A stretch of DNA of 39,182 bases, taken from assembly GCA_032718475.1 (NCBI GenBank), contig JAUCBJ010008269.1, positions 1 through 39,182 of the forward strand. Direction: 5' to 3'. Positions 9,454-20,789 of the stretch are shown here, in pieces. Made by a program: the position numbers and the translations under genes. The stretch is from Nemertoderma westbladi. Its lineage: Eukaryota > Animalia > Xenacoelomorpha. The notes under the pieces were generated by a model. It made no database searches. It saw only the letters and a list, made by a program, of their open reading frames with translations, and was not told the origin of the DNA. The first letter of the stretch is position 1. Each line of letters begins with the position of its first letter.

Positions 9454-10120
9454 TTCTTAAATTGTTACTTTTTCGCTCGGATATACCAAAAAATCGAGAG
9501 GGAAAAAAAGTTTCACTTTTTCTGGGAAAAAAAGTAACCCATAGGATTGCATTGATTTTACTTTTTTTCCCGGCGAAAAAAGTAAAGTAAAATATTTTTG
9601 GTGGAATTTCTTAATATATATTACATACAGTATTATATTAAAATATTGAAAGAGCATCGGCGTAGAAAAGGTTTGCAAGTAATTTGAGCAAAATCCATCC
9701 ACAAACTCAAAAGTTATTGCAACTTAGTGTCTGCAAGGCGAACTCCAACACGGAATTCAATATCCAATATTGGTTTATGTTGTTAGGCGGCTCTCTAGTT
9801 ACGTGATAAATATTCGAGAACATTAAATTATTTTAACATTGAGTAAGGCAGCATCAGTAGTTGACGAATACAGTATTTGAATTGCAGTAACTATGGAAAC
9901 AATATAACAAAATACTGCAGTTCAATTTATTTTGTAACACAAGCAATAAAAAAGTACCAATTTAAGAATAAAATTACGTATTACATGGGGAAAAAACGTA
10001 GAACATTTTTTTTTTTCAATATTCTCTCGACCCTTTATTAACCTCGCTGACGCTCGGTAAATAAAATCCCTCGAGAATAATGAAAAAAAGTTCTACTTTT
10101 TTTTCCCATGTAATAAATAA
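9454..10120 (+). mobile_element. interspersed composite repeat, copy 1 (ends in a ~145-bp foldback)
   Basis: Aligns to 12231-12700 (TCTTAAATTGTTACTTTTTCGCT...GAGCAAAATCCATCCACA...GCGGCTCTCTAGT...CCATGTAATAAATA). The terminal part 9978-10115 is an inverted repeat. Confidence 0.75.
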
Positions 10121-10642
10121 TTATTTTTAATTATGCATTATACATTACATATACCTTGGACATTATAGTATATATATACAATTATCATTACATATACATT
10201 ACCTACATTATAATATGTCAATAAATTAGGTCTCAGTTAAATGCAGCTCTGACTGTGATGTCGTTTACCTTTCAACTTAGTAGACCCTTACAACACAAAT
10301 GTAACGTTACGAGTATATATTTAGTAGACCCTTACAACTTAGTAGACCCTTACAACACAAATGTAACGTTACGAGTATACAGTATACTCAGTTGACATTT
10401 TATTTATTTATTTATAATATTGTCGTTCTATTATTTTTTAATATGTCAACTTATAGCGATCTTGTGAATAATACCTTTAAACGGTGAATATTTTTGTTGT
10501 AATATTTGATTTTCGGATGAAGTAGGCCCTATAAACTGTAAACGTGTCTTAGATAATACAATTTACAACTAGGCCTGCTGTATGTTACAGTATAATAATT
10601 AATATGTGTAGTGGTGATGTATTCATTAATTCTCATTTTTAG

Positions 10643-10785
10643 GAGTGTTTCTATTGACTGCCGGAGGAATAGCTACGGGAGTTATATTGGTATTCGTTGA
10701 AATGGCTTATAAGCGACATTTGGTAATAAAACAACAGAATGAGCTGGCCAGTACGGCCCTGAGTCACTGGAAAACTTCCGTTAAT
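10643..10785 (+). CDS. GRIN1: GluN1 exon (M4 + C0): GVFLLTAGGIATGVILVFVEMAYKRHLVIKQQNELASTALSHWKTSVN
   Basis: Acceptor catttttag, donor gtaagt, phase 1/0; aligns to [26 protein letters not shown]...AVNVWRKNLQ. Confidence 0.93.
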
Positions 10786-11356
10786 GTAAGTCAATGATCT
10801 GTAATGAAACACGACCGTGAGCTGTAGATTGAGATACAACAGACTAGCTATTAAGGCCATAAGTATTTTGGATAGCCATTATTGGCCTCACTTAAATCAC
10901 ACTAAAATTAATGTATTTTATATGATTAGCAAATGTTCTGTAATATTAAAGAGTTGTTCTAGAACATTGTGTATGTGAGGCGACTGAGAGCTGTGGCCAT
11001 TAGCGAACTATTATAATTATACTAGGGATGTTTTCCAAATGTTGCTGGTTTATTTGTGTGTGTGACGGAAGCCGTAATGATAATGATAATTATGTTTTAA
11101 ATGTAATGTTATACTCCCACTGTACACACACACAAAAGGAGATGGAGGGCGGTTCTGTTAGTTATGTTCATTCATAGCGGCTTGCAGCTGGCGTTTTCGA
11201 ATTAGCGACAGTGCTGCATGTGCTGCTGTTGTCTTGCAGCTAAATATTAACGGAGCATTTAGGCTACAGTTCTGCTGCACAACAAAATAACAAAAAAATA
11301 TTCAGAAAAAAACATTTGGTGGTGTAGTATAAAAGTTTTTTTATATTTAATTTCAG

Positions 11357-11518
11357 AGACGCTATCTACCAACAGCAGCTGTATCGCCCAACAGTGAAAA
11401 ACTTTGGCCTCAGGCCACTGGTAAAGTAGTAGTAGCAGTTACTGCCCGCCCCAGGACTAAGTCTTCAGATCAGTACAATGAATCTTTCAATATGACGTTT
11501 CGGAACACAGAAGTCTAG
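11357..11518 (+). CDS. GRIN1: probable terminal GluN1 coding exon: RRYLPTAA...FNMTFRNTEV*
   Basis: Strong acceptor tatttaatttcag, phase 0, 53 open codons ending in the class I PDZ-type motif T-E-V then TAG. Support is splice signals and the motif; I did not recognise homology. Confidence 0.7.
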   Translation, partial: RRYLPTAAVSPNSEKLWPQATGKVVVAVTARPRTKSSDQYNESFNMTFRNTEV

Positions 11519-12230
11519 TGGGATCAGCCAATAGAGATGTTGTTCATCCACTTATGGGACCTACATCCTCCGTCAATGGAAATATTTGTGATTGTATCAA
11601 CATTCATAAATATTGGACCTGTGGTTTGGTTACTATTGGTCCACAGCGCTATTTCTATTGGGTGAAATACTACTGTACAAGATGAGAGGAAAGTAAATGC
11701 CACTGATTGGCCAGCTAATCTCGCCACTGATTGGTCCAGCTAAACACGCTACAATAATTGATATCGATATTGTGGATTACGGTTTTCACAATTTTACTAT
11801 TCGCCTTTGAACTTTTGGATGACTCGTTATTTATTTTTATGTTATATATATTATCAAAGTGTATTTAATATTTATAGCGACTCTTTTCTTTTTTACTATT
11901 CCCTAAAACATACCATATAATATAATATAATATACAAAGGCTTTGCTACCGCCAAACACATTTTTTATTCTTGCTTTATAATTATTGTTATATTAGAAAA
12001 AATCAAAATCAAAATTTGGACCCAAGACACAACTAGTATGATTCTTTGATTCAAGAACACCCAGAAATACCGTCATTGGAAACTAATAAATTGAATGATG
12101 ACCTATTAAACGGTAGTATCAATTTGGCATATCAAAACCAAAAGTCCCCAAAAGCTCCCAAAGGTCTCACAAGCGACTCAAATTATGAATCTTGGAGATA
12201 TATTTATATTATAGGTTTATATTAATTTTA

Positions 12231-12700
12231 ATCTTAAATTGTTACTTTTTCGCTGGAATATACCCCAAAGTATTGTATTGATTTTACTTTTTTCCCAGCG
12301 AAAAACGTAAATATTTTTGGTGGAAAGAGCATCGAAGTAGAAAAGGTTTGCAAGTAACTTGAGCAAAATCCATCCACACACTCAAAAGTTATTGCAACTT
12401 TAGTGTTTGCAAGGCGAACTCCAAAACGAAACTCCATATACCATAGTTGCTATGTTGTTAAGCGGCTCTCTAGTAACGTAATTAATTATATTTATTTTGT
12501 AACACTATATCGTTCTATCTTTTATTAAAGAATTAAACAACAAACATGTACCACTTCAAGAGTAAAATTACGTTATACTTGGGGGAAAAACATTGAACAT
12601 TGTTATTTGAATATTCTCCCGACCCTTATTAACCTCTCTGGCGCTCGGTAAATAAAAGGCCCCGAGAATAGTGAAAAACGTTTTTTCCATGTAATAAATA
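12231..12700 (+). mobile_element. interspersed composite repeat, copy 2
   Basis: Co-linear with 9454-10120, with internal deletions. Confidence 0.75.
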
Positions 12701-13234
12701 AAAATATTAGTTTTCATTGACAGTTTGAATTAGGGTTAGGGCCGCCCCTATTAACTAACATAGAGAGCACGGTCTGCATACTATTCCATAGAATATATTT
12801 TTACACTCGATTTCAATGTTAGTACTGTCTTGTAATTTTCTGGAATTCAAGTTCTAATAATACTTTCCCCTCACACCTTCTAAACTTTAAATTTGTACGT
12901 GTTATTCAAGCAAGAATCATCATATTTGGACTCACGACATGTTAATATAACAGCTTTGAAGTTACATTAAGTAGGCTATGACTAAATCGTAAATGTTCAT
13001 AGTTTATGGAAGGTAGACCCCAGGACCCATCATTATAATACTTTGATGAATCACTCCATGAAGTCGGCGCCTAGGCAAATACGTAACTAAATCGTGCTGC
13101 CAGATAACCAGCTATAACTACAAAATGTGAACTTATTTTAACAAGATTGACGTGTACCAAATTTTCTATGAGAATTCCCCAAATTTATTCGGCATTTTAA
13201 AAAACATCATTCTAGTGCTTGTACTTCTCAGGCA

Positions 13235-13330
13235 AAGCAAAAAGTTAAGTAAAGTTTACTTATCACACCTGAGGCAACCCGAAAGCTCCTCTCTCTTTAC
13301 TATTACCTATATAAGGCATGGAGGGCCGGA
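13235..13330 (-). mobile_element. SINE-like fragment related to 27130-27263, interrupted by a LINE
   Basis: GAGGCAACCCGAAAGCTCCTCT resembles GAAGGCGACCCGAGGGCTCCTCT at 27171. The continuation TTTGCTCCCAGTAATTTAA reappears at 13630, exactly as at 27245. Confidence 0.55.
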
Positions 13331-13628
13331 GTGGACAATCTTGTACTTTGGCAGCCCCATGGAGAAAATAAGCATGGTGGTCAGCCCATGACTTTCTTGA
13401 GACGCATATTAAAGTACACTGGCCTTGAAGATGCGGATAATCTCGCGAAAGTCATGGGGATAGGGAGGTGTGGCGGTGCAATTTTGTTGATAAGCCGGCA
13501 TAGCATTCTTAATGCATTGGAGCATGACAATTGCGGATTGCATGGTGGTGACAAAATATTTTTGTTAAGCTGGCATAGAATCTCAATGTGCAGCTTCAAA
13601 GCAGCAGGCCGATTAGTAGTAGTAGTAG
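13331..13628 (+). mobile_element. 3' fragment of RTE-like LINE family B (long 3'-UTR variant) with (TAG)n tail
   Basis: Encodes NLVLWQPHGENKHGGQPMTFLRRILK; ends GCAGCAGGCCGAT-TAGTAGTAGTAGTAG. Confidence 0.88.
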
Positions 13629-14173
13629 TTTTGCTCCCAGTAATTTAAATGGTTCTTAAAATTATACCAGTACATCGATATTCATGCATAAACAAAATGT
13701 TCTATAATAGGCCTATGGTGTATTTATAAATATAGTTAGTTAGTAGGCCTAGTAAATACTTTCCAGCGGGATTGTCTAAATATCCAATAGCCGGGAAAAT
13801 TTAATGAAAATTTAGAAAAGGCCACATTTGAAAACATATAGTCATTGGGGGTAAAAAAAACTGACCGCTTTGTGGGGTATACAATTTTCCACAATTTGCA
13901 TTTCACCAAAAAACATAAACACATTATTATGTGCAATACTGCGCGAAGTGGAAAACTTTATATTTTGAAAAAATATTTTTCGACGTAGGTATGTACTCAC
14001 TCCAACTCATCGCGTTTCTGACAATAAGACCTCAAATGCAGACGTGGGAAAGATGACTGTACTTGTATGTAACTGTACTTGGGAGTAAATGACTGACACC
14101 TATAACACTCCTGAAGATGCTGTTATCCGTAAAGACAGTTTTAGACGGATATGTTATATACTATGCCGGGAAT

Positions 14174-15958
14174 AGAAAATGATTCCATATAGGATTAGGC
14201 CTCACATAGAGAAACTACTGCGTAAGAGCCAAAACGGATTTCGACCAAATAGATCAACAATAGCTCAGATACTTGCGCTACGGAGACTGATTGAGGGAAT
14301 TAAGTCAAAGAATCTCCCCGCAGTCATGAATTTTGTGGACTTCAAGAAGGCATTCGACTCCATCCATAGAGGTAAAATGCTTGAAATCCTAAGAGCTTAT
14401 GGAATACCAGAAGTAATTGTTGCTGGCATTGGATTGTTATATTGTGACACAGAAGCGCAGGTACTCTCACTAGATGGTGAAACTGAATTTTTCACAATCC
14501 TGGCTGGGGTATTGCAAGGTGACACATTAGCACCATTACTGTTTGTAATTGTGCTGGATTACGCAATGAGGACGGCCACAAAGGGTGAAGATCTGGGATT
14601 CACACTTCAAGAACGCTGAAGTAGTAGATATCCGGCAACTACAGTCACAGAAACCGACTTTGCGGATGACATCGCCCTGCTCTCTAATACGCTAGCAGAT
14701 GCACAGCTTCTACTAAATAAAGTGGAGAGGGCTGCTAAGGAGGTTTGATTGCATATAAATGCTACCAAGACCAAATTCATGACCTTTAATGTTGATGGAA
14801 ACTTGACAGCCATTGATCATAATCAACTAAGGAAGGTTGACGACTTCCAGTACCTTGGATCATGGATAGAGAGTAGCAAAAAGGACATAGAAGTTAGGAA
14901 AGCAAAGGCTTGGGTAGCTCTACCAAAAATGGATACCATCTGGAAATCAGATTTCCCCAGGAACCTGGAGGCTAAGTTCTTTCGAGCCACAGTGGAAAGT
15001 GTATTTTTATACGCGGGTGAGACCTGGACACTGACTAAATCACTTGAACACCGAATTGATGGTTGCTACACAACACTACTAAGGGCAGCCTTGAATAGGC
15101 TTTCCAGGATTTGGAAGTCACCGAGAATTAATCGGAAACTTAAGGTCCGATTATTTAGAGCAGCAGTAGTTCCAGTACTCCTATATGGGAGTCCATGCTG
15201 GGCTCTAACTGCTGAGGACACCAAATCTCTGGATGGCACATTCACAAGAATGCTACCGCTACACCGGGTTCATTGTGTCAAGTACAATGCACACATCTCC
15301 AACCAGACACTATATAACATTGGAGGTGTCTCATTGGTTCCCCCAAGCTTGACACTAGAACAAAATCGCCTCCGCTTTGCAGGACATTGCTTTCGCCGTG
15401 AGGACCAGCCAGTGCATAATCTTGTACTTTGGCAGCCTCATGGAGTGAATAAGCATGGTGGACAGCCCATGACTTTCTTGAGACGCATCTTAAAGGACAC
15501 TGACCTTGAAGATGCGGATGATCTAGCAAATGTCATGGGTGATAGGGAGTTGTGGTGGTGCAATTTTGTCGATAAGCCGGCACAGCATTCTTAAAAATGC
15601 AGCTGCAATGCAGCATGCCGATCCTAGCAGTACTAAGGGCAGCCCTAAACATCAGCTGGAAACAACACATGACAAACGCCGAGCTTTATGGTACAATACC
15701 ACCTGTATCAACCACCCTCCGTGAACGCAGAAATTCAGTGGGCACTGCTGGCGAAGTAAAGACGAGGTCATACCAGATCTACTTCTCTGGCAACCAACTC
15801 ATGGAAAGCGTAGTCGTGGACGACCGGCCATAACATATATAGATCAACTTGAAAGGGATACTGAACTTGGGAGAAACGAAATTGCGACAACTATGGAGAA
15901 TCGGGAAGCCTGGAAGGATCTTATTTCCACTGTCCGAGTTCGCTCGACCTAGTAGTAG
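14174..15958 (+). mobile_element. 5'-truncated RTE-like LINE family A (RT domain, two premature stops) with 12-bp TSD
   Basis: QNGFRPNRST, FVDFKKAFDSI, GVLQGDTLAP, DFADD, FQYLGSWI. Tail TAGTAGTAG at ~15950. TSD TATGCCGGGAAT at 14162-14173 and 15959-15970. Confidence 0.92.
15091..15630 (+). mobile_element. RTE-like LINE family B 3' fragment nested in family A, with 14-bp TSD
   Basis: Near-identical to the reverse complement of 29561-30090. Flanked by TACTAAGGGCAGCC at 15077-15090 and 15631-15644. The host frame (LRAALN-ISWKQH) resumes after it. Confidence 0.93.
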
Positions 15959-16993
15959 TATGCCGGGAATTATCGTTAGGAAACAAAATTAAGTGACTGG
16001 ACTTGTCGATGTTTACGGGCTATTAATGCAATAAAGGCACCAAACAATAAAAGCGGATATGTAACATGGTAATGCTACCAATCCAAAATAAATTGCGGTT
16101 GAGCTTTGCGTAGTGATACTAAGACTAACTAAATTATTCTTCATATTACTAGTCGTTCTAATTAGGTAGGGATGTGAGTCAGAAAATGTTAATAAAGGAA
16201 ATTTCCTAGACATTTTTTTCGAAAATTTTCTATTTTATTAATTTATTATATAAAGTTAACCTTTAGTAATATATATTTACAGAAATATCCTCATATTAAT
16301 TGCTTAAAATAGGAATAATACGATTTGAACTAAAATTGTGACTTTGTGTTTTGTCAATTTCATTATTTACTATGTTTTATATTGAACGCAATTTCGGAAA
16401 TATTAATACATTTTCAATTTTAACTCTTTCACAATTTAATACCTCCTGCTATTTTGCCAGTTTATACAATTTTCTGAAAACACATCGGAAAACACAAGTA
16501 GAGTAAACACTAGAAACAAGTGATTCCTGCTTAATTAAAGACTTTGAAGTGGCCTATTTCTAATTAAGTTAAGACATAATATTGTCTGGAATTAGGGGTC
16601 TGATATTGCGCTTAATGCATTGAGTAAGACTATAGAGGCTGTTAACTTGCTACGGTTACAATTTGGCTCAGGACACCGCGTATAAATATTTGTGATATGT
16701 TATTTAAACTCAGTATAATATTATGAGTACATTATAGTGTCGGTAACTAAAAAAGTTTAAATTACAAAAAAGCCAACAGACAGACCAATGCAATTCAGAT
16801 TCCAGATTGTAATGGAAGGTACCCGAGGCAATCCAACACCAATATTAGTAGTCTAGGCACCTCATCTACCAGGCACTAGTCTGTTAGTGTGTTTTGAGAG
16901 TACCCCTCCAAAATAATAACTAACTAGTTAATATCAGCTGGACCGGTAACGAACATAAACCTTTGTTGTGCTACATTTATTTTATACTTTTCA

Positions 16994-17335
16994 TACGGGT
17001 GAGTACAAAACAAAGACTTTACTGCCCGTTCTGTACAAAACAAAGACTTTACTGCCCGTTCTGTACAAAACAAAGACTTTACTGCCCGTTCTGTACAAAA
17101 CAAAGACTTTACTGCCCGTTCTGTACAAAACAAAGAGGTAAAGTCGCGTTAGGTCCCAAAGAGCGTTAGGTTCAGTTAAGTCATTTAAAGGAGCAGGTTA
17201 GTAAAGGAGCAGGTCACTGAGGCGTGTTGAACCAAAATAATAAAAAAAAGTTAACACATGAATATTATATAAGAATTACAAGATTATGCAGGTCTTTATA
17301 ATTGGGTCTTTAGACTTTGTTTTATACTCACCCAT
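16994..17335. mobile_element. Tc1/mariner-like MITE with an internal 30-bp tandem array
   Basis: TIR-like GGGTGAGTACAAAACAAAG (16997) / CTTTGTTTTATACTCACCC (17315-17333). About 4.4 perfect copies of GTACAAAACAAAGACTTTACTGCCCGTTCT at 17003-17136. The superfamily call is inferred from the TA-CGGGTG end. Confidence 0.65.
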
Positions 17336-17741
17336 CTACATACGCTGTGCCGTTATTTTTATTAATGATGAGCATGAATTAAATATAAATATAAAATATA
17401 ACATCAACTTCATTAAATTCTAATTAACATCAGAGCCATTAAAACGATCCATTCCGCATTTGTTTTAGAATTATATTTATTATCGAATTAATAGTACTAA
17501 GTTAGGCCCAACGCAAAAAAAATAGTGAAAATGGTAGGAGTGTTCACAAAACAAACTAGATGCAGTGCCCTTACAATCTATAAGTTTATGCTACTCAACG
17601 GGATGGATGCTGTATGGAACTATCGATAGTTCAAAAATACTATTTGGGTGTTAGTACCGCTATTCTATAGTAATCACTACAAAATTCAGATAATCTAGCA
17701 AATTCAACAAATGTAGCCTAATGGTAATACAAATAATGTTG

Positions 17742-18080
17742 TTAGGGTTTCCCAGATTGTTGGGTTTGTTGTTCCAACAAGTGTTCCCCGATAAGTTTTT
17801 GTTTTAAAGGCTCTGCGTGTTCTTGTGCCTCAAAACGAACTATTCGACGTTTATCGACTTTATCCCAGAAGTCGTCAATTATCACCTGACGTCGAATATA
17901 TTCCCTGTTATAGTAGAACCCGTACGCAATTCCGGCGGCCAATGCCCCATATCTCCATGTTCTCAACAAAGGGCTAACATTTAATGGTTTTCCCGCCTTT
18001 GGTTTGAAGTGATTGTATTCTGGCCCGGCATCCGGGTTAGAGAAACTTGCCCTGTCGAGTTTTGTTGTCGACGACGTCAT
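17742..18080 (-). CDS. ATP5ME: mitochondrial ATP synthase subunit e-like protein, intronless, 112 aa
   Basis: PLNVSPLLRTWRYGALAAGIAYG matches the subunit e signature (human PVQVSPLIKLGRYSALFLGVAYG), including GxxxG; followed by a charged helical tail. Confidence 0.78.
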   Translation of the reverse strand: MTSSTTKLDRASFSNPDAGPEYNHFKPKAGKPLNVSPLLRTWRYGALAAGIAYGFYYNREYIRRQVIIDDFWDKVDKRRIVRFEAQEHAEPLKQKLIGEHLLEQQTQQSGKP

Positions 18081-19092
18081 ATTCTAATAATATACCAGTA
18101 CGATTCACATTCAGCTATTCAAATAGTGTCACCTACAGTAACAGCAGTATGTCTGCATAAAGAGATAAAGGTTGGCGGTTGGGTGTAATTTTGAGAGTGG
18201 TCCCAGTGCATAGCCTACTACGTGTACGTACCATGAACCAGGGTACCGCGTACAGGTAAGACTATGTCTTGTGACAATTTCTGCCGCTAAACAGCTAAAT
18301 AAAATTTTAAAAGCGGTTTCACGGCATCAAATTACTTCTCACTATCACAACTCTGCAACTCAAAAATTCGAGTAAAACGTCTCGTTCACATCACGACCTA
18401 ACGGCTGACGAGGACGGCCATCCTCAGCTCAAGCATCAGCTCAAGCATCAACCCAGCAACACCGCCACCGTCAGTAACTGGTTGACCGGCAGAATACCCC
18501 TGCTGCCCTGCCTAAACACAACGCTGGAATGACTGAATGACATTGTCAGACTGACAGAGACAGCCTAACTGCCTACACTGTACACCTGAAACCAGTTGTA
18601 GTGTGTAGCGCATGTAGTTGTAGTGCAGTAGCCCAGTGAGTACAGAGTACAGTACTGGAGTAGGCCTACTGCACTAAACGATGTCCGTACCGCTACGGCG
18701 CTACCGCCAGACCGCAGCACCACACTGCCTTAAGTCCAAAGTCTGTAAGTTGTAAGTCCTGCAGTCATAGCTGCTTAGGCGTAGCCCAGGCTGGCAGGTG
18801 GTAGTGGTACCCAGGTTACCGCTACAGCGGTACCTCGTACCGGTAGGCCTACTGACAGACTGATGATATACCAGTATACCGGTATACAGATCAGATACCA
18901 GGATACAGATATAGGCCTACTGATATAGCAGGCATCAGGCAGTCAGGCTTGGCTTATAGGTACTGCTGTACTGCATGTACTGTAGCAGGCTATGACTGTA
19001 CTGCTGTAGCTATATATCAGTACAGTGGAATAAGCCTATGTATGTATGTCATATGTTATGTTACAGTGTTAGCGGGTGATGTGATACCACCA

Positions 19093-19891
19093 ACAAGGCC
19101 ATGCCATCGAGTTAACTGGGGGCGGTGACTGGGGGCAAGATTTTTTTTTACAACAATTTGATATTTTGATATGGGGAGCGTTTTATATATTTTCATTTGC
19201 TGCAATTTTATCAATGGACGTAATTGAAGCCTCCTCGTTAAGTAAGATACACAATTTTATGGTAGCTAGTGTTTTAGGTAGGTTTAGCTAGTAATTTCGA
19301 CACTGGTTCCGCATCCTACTTCTCTCTATAAATATGTTGTAGTAGCTAGTTCTTATTACTATTTGTATAGAAAATGTTCCAGAAGATGTTTGCTATTTAT
19401 TCATTTTAAAAAAATTAAATATTTTTTGTTCTAGAACATTTTTTAGAAAAAATTATTGATTCTATTTGAAACGCATGGAATCGTTTTAAAACGTGTTTAA
19501 AATCAATAAAAAAAATTCAAAATTTTTTATTCAAAAATTTTTTTCACAATTTTTTTTTCACAATTTTTTTTATTGATTTTAAACACGTTTTAAACGATTC
19601 CATGCGTTTTAAATATAATCCAGATTTTTTTTTTAAAAATGAATAGCTAACATCTTCTGGAACATTTTCTGTACAAATAGTATTCTGAACTAGCTACTAC
19701 AAAATATTTATAGAGGGAAGTACAGTAGGATGTCGGAACCAGTGTCGAAACTACTAGCTAAACCTACCTAAAAAACTAGCTACTGTACAGTACCATAAAA
19801 TGTTGTATCTTACTTAACGAGGAGGCTTCAATCACCTCCATTGACCGCCGAATCATCACCGCCCCCAGTTAACTCGATGGCATGGCCTTGT
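19093..19891. mobile_element. ~800-bp foldback (palindromic) DNA element
   Basis: Outer perfect IR ACAAGGCCATGCCATCGAGTTAACTGGGGGCGGTGA (19093-19128 / 19856-19891). Inner arms ~19211-19515 and ~19560-19844 are reverse complements with scattered mismatches. Confidence 0.88.
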
Positions 19892-20004
19892 ACTGTATAT
19901 AGTACGCCTTGCTACGAAGCCCTTAAAAAAACCATCCGGTAACACAGTGCCAGTGACAGTGACAGAACTGATGACAACCAGCCGTTATATTGTTAAATTG
20001 AAAA

Positions 20005-20340
20005 ACACTGTGGGGCAAGCCACGAAAGTTAGCGAGCTTAGAATACGGGTACCAATCTCAACCTCGCGTCTGCGGTCTGTCAGTCTGCCTGTCGGTTGGT
20101 CGGTCGATCCATCCAATCTTTGAATGCTACTGTAATATAGTACCCTAACTCAGCGAATCTTTGTGATGAAGTTATACCAAACGTGGTACCCAAGTAGTAT
20201 GTCAACAGTTTAGAAAGCTTTCAGAATTTTGGCGTCGTGCATTTACATGGTCCGCCTCTAGGGGGCGCTAAATAGCACTTCGTTTAGGCTTAATAACTTT
20301 TGAACTACTTTATAGATTTTGAGTGACCCATGGATAGTTC
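20005..20340 (+). mobile_element. possible Helentron/DINE-1-like non-autonomous element fragment
   Basis: (GTCY)-type microsatellite at 20068-20110 followed by AT-rich degenerate blocks; carries a CTCF-like motif at 20252. Classification is inference only. Confidence 0.35.
20252..20270 (+). promoter_or_regulatory. CTCF-like binding motif
   Basis: CCGCCTCTAGGGGGCGCTA versus consensus TGGCCACCAGGGGGCGCTA (15/19 identical). Confidence 0.5.
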
Positions 20341-20789
20341 TTAATTATTAGGTATTTGGTAGACATGAAATTTAATATAGTATGTGACAATGACAAACGG
20401 TCAGAGACAGACCTACAACATCAGCATCGACGGCTAGTGGGCGTTAACAATTTTACCGTAACACTTTTACCGCTAGTAGTTAAGTTTTTGATTTATTAAT
20501 ATTACATAAACTTGCATAGTTGTAGATGAGTCACTTTAATCTCCAATTCACAATACAATATGTGTCAGTCAGTCAGTGTCCAAAGAAAGGGCCCTAAAGT
20601 CTATCTCACAATTAGTGAGATGTTGGTTAAAATAATCAATTTTCTTTTTATTATCTTGTTATGTCGGAAATTGTATGGAGATTTAAAGTATACAATCGGC
20701 TTCGTCATATCTTTTTCGTTTTGACGAAAAGTTTTTAGCGAAAAGTAGTAAAAAAAAAACACAAAAATTTCAATTTTCAGAATTCCGAA

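Noticed and set aside
10273-10380. Repeat-spacer-like array (TTAGTAGACCCTTACAAC x3)
   Set aside because: A simple local tandem duplication; the intervening sequence is duplicated too.
14101-14160. Second hammerhead (CTGAAGA at 14111)
   Set aside because: No GAAA after the putative stem II; only an ordinary hairpin TATCCGT/ACGGATA.
14749-15594. 281-aa ORF as a genuine gene
   Set aside because: It is a fusion of two truncated LINE fragments with a TTG start just after a premature stop.
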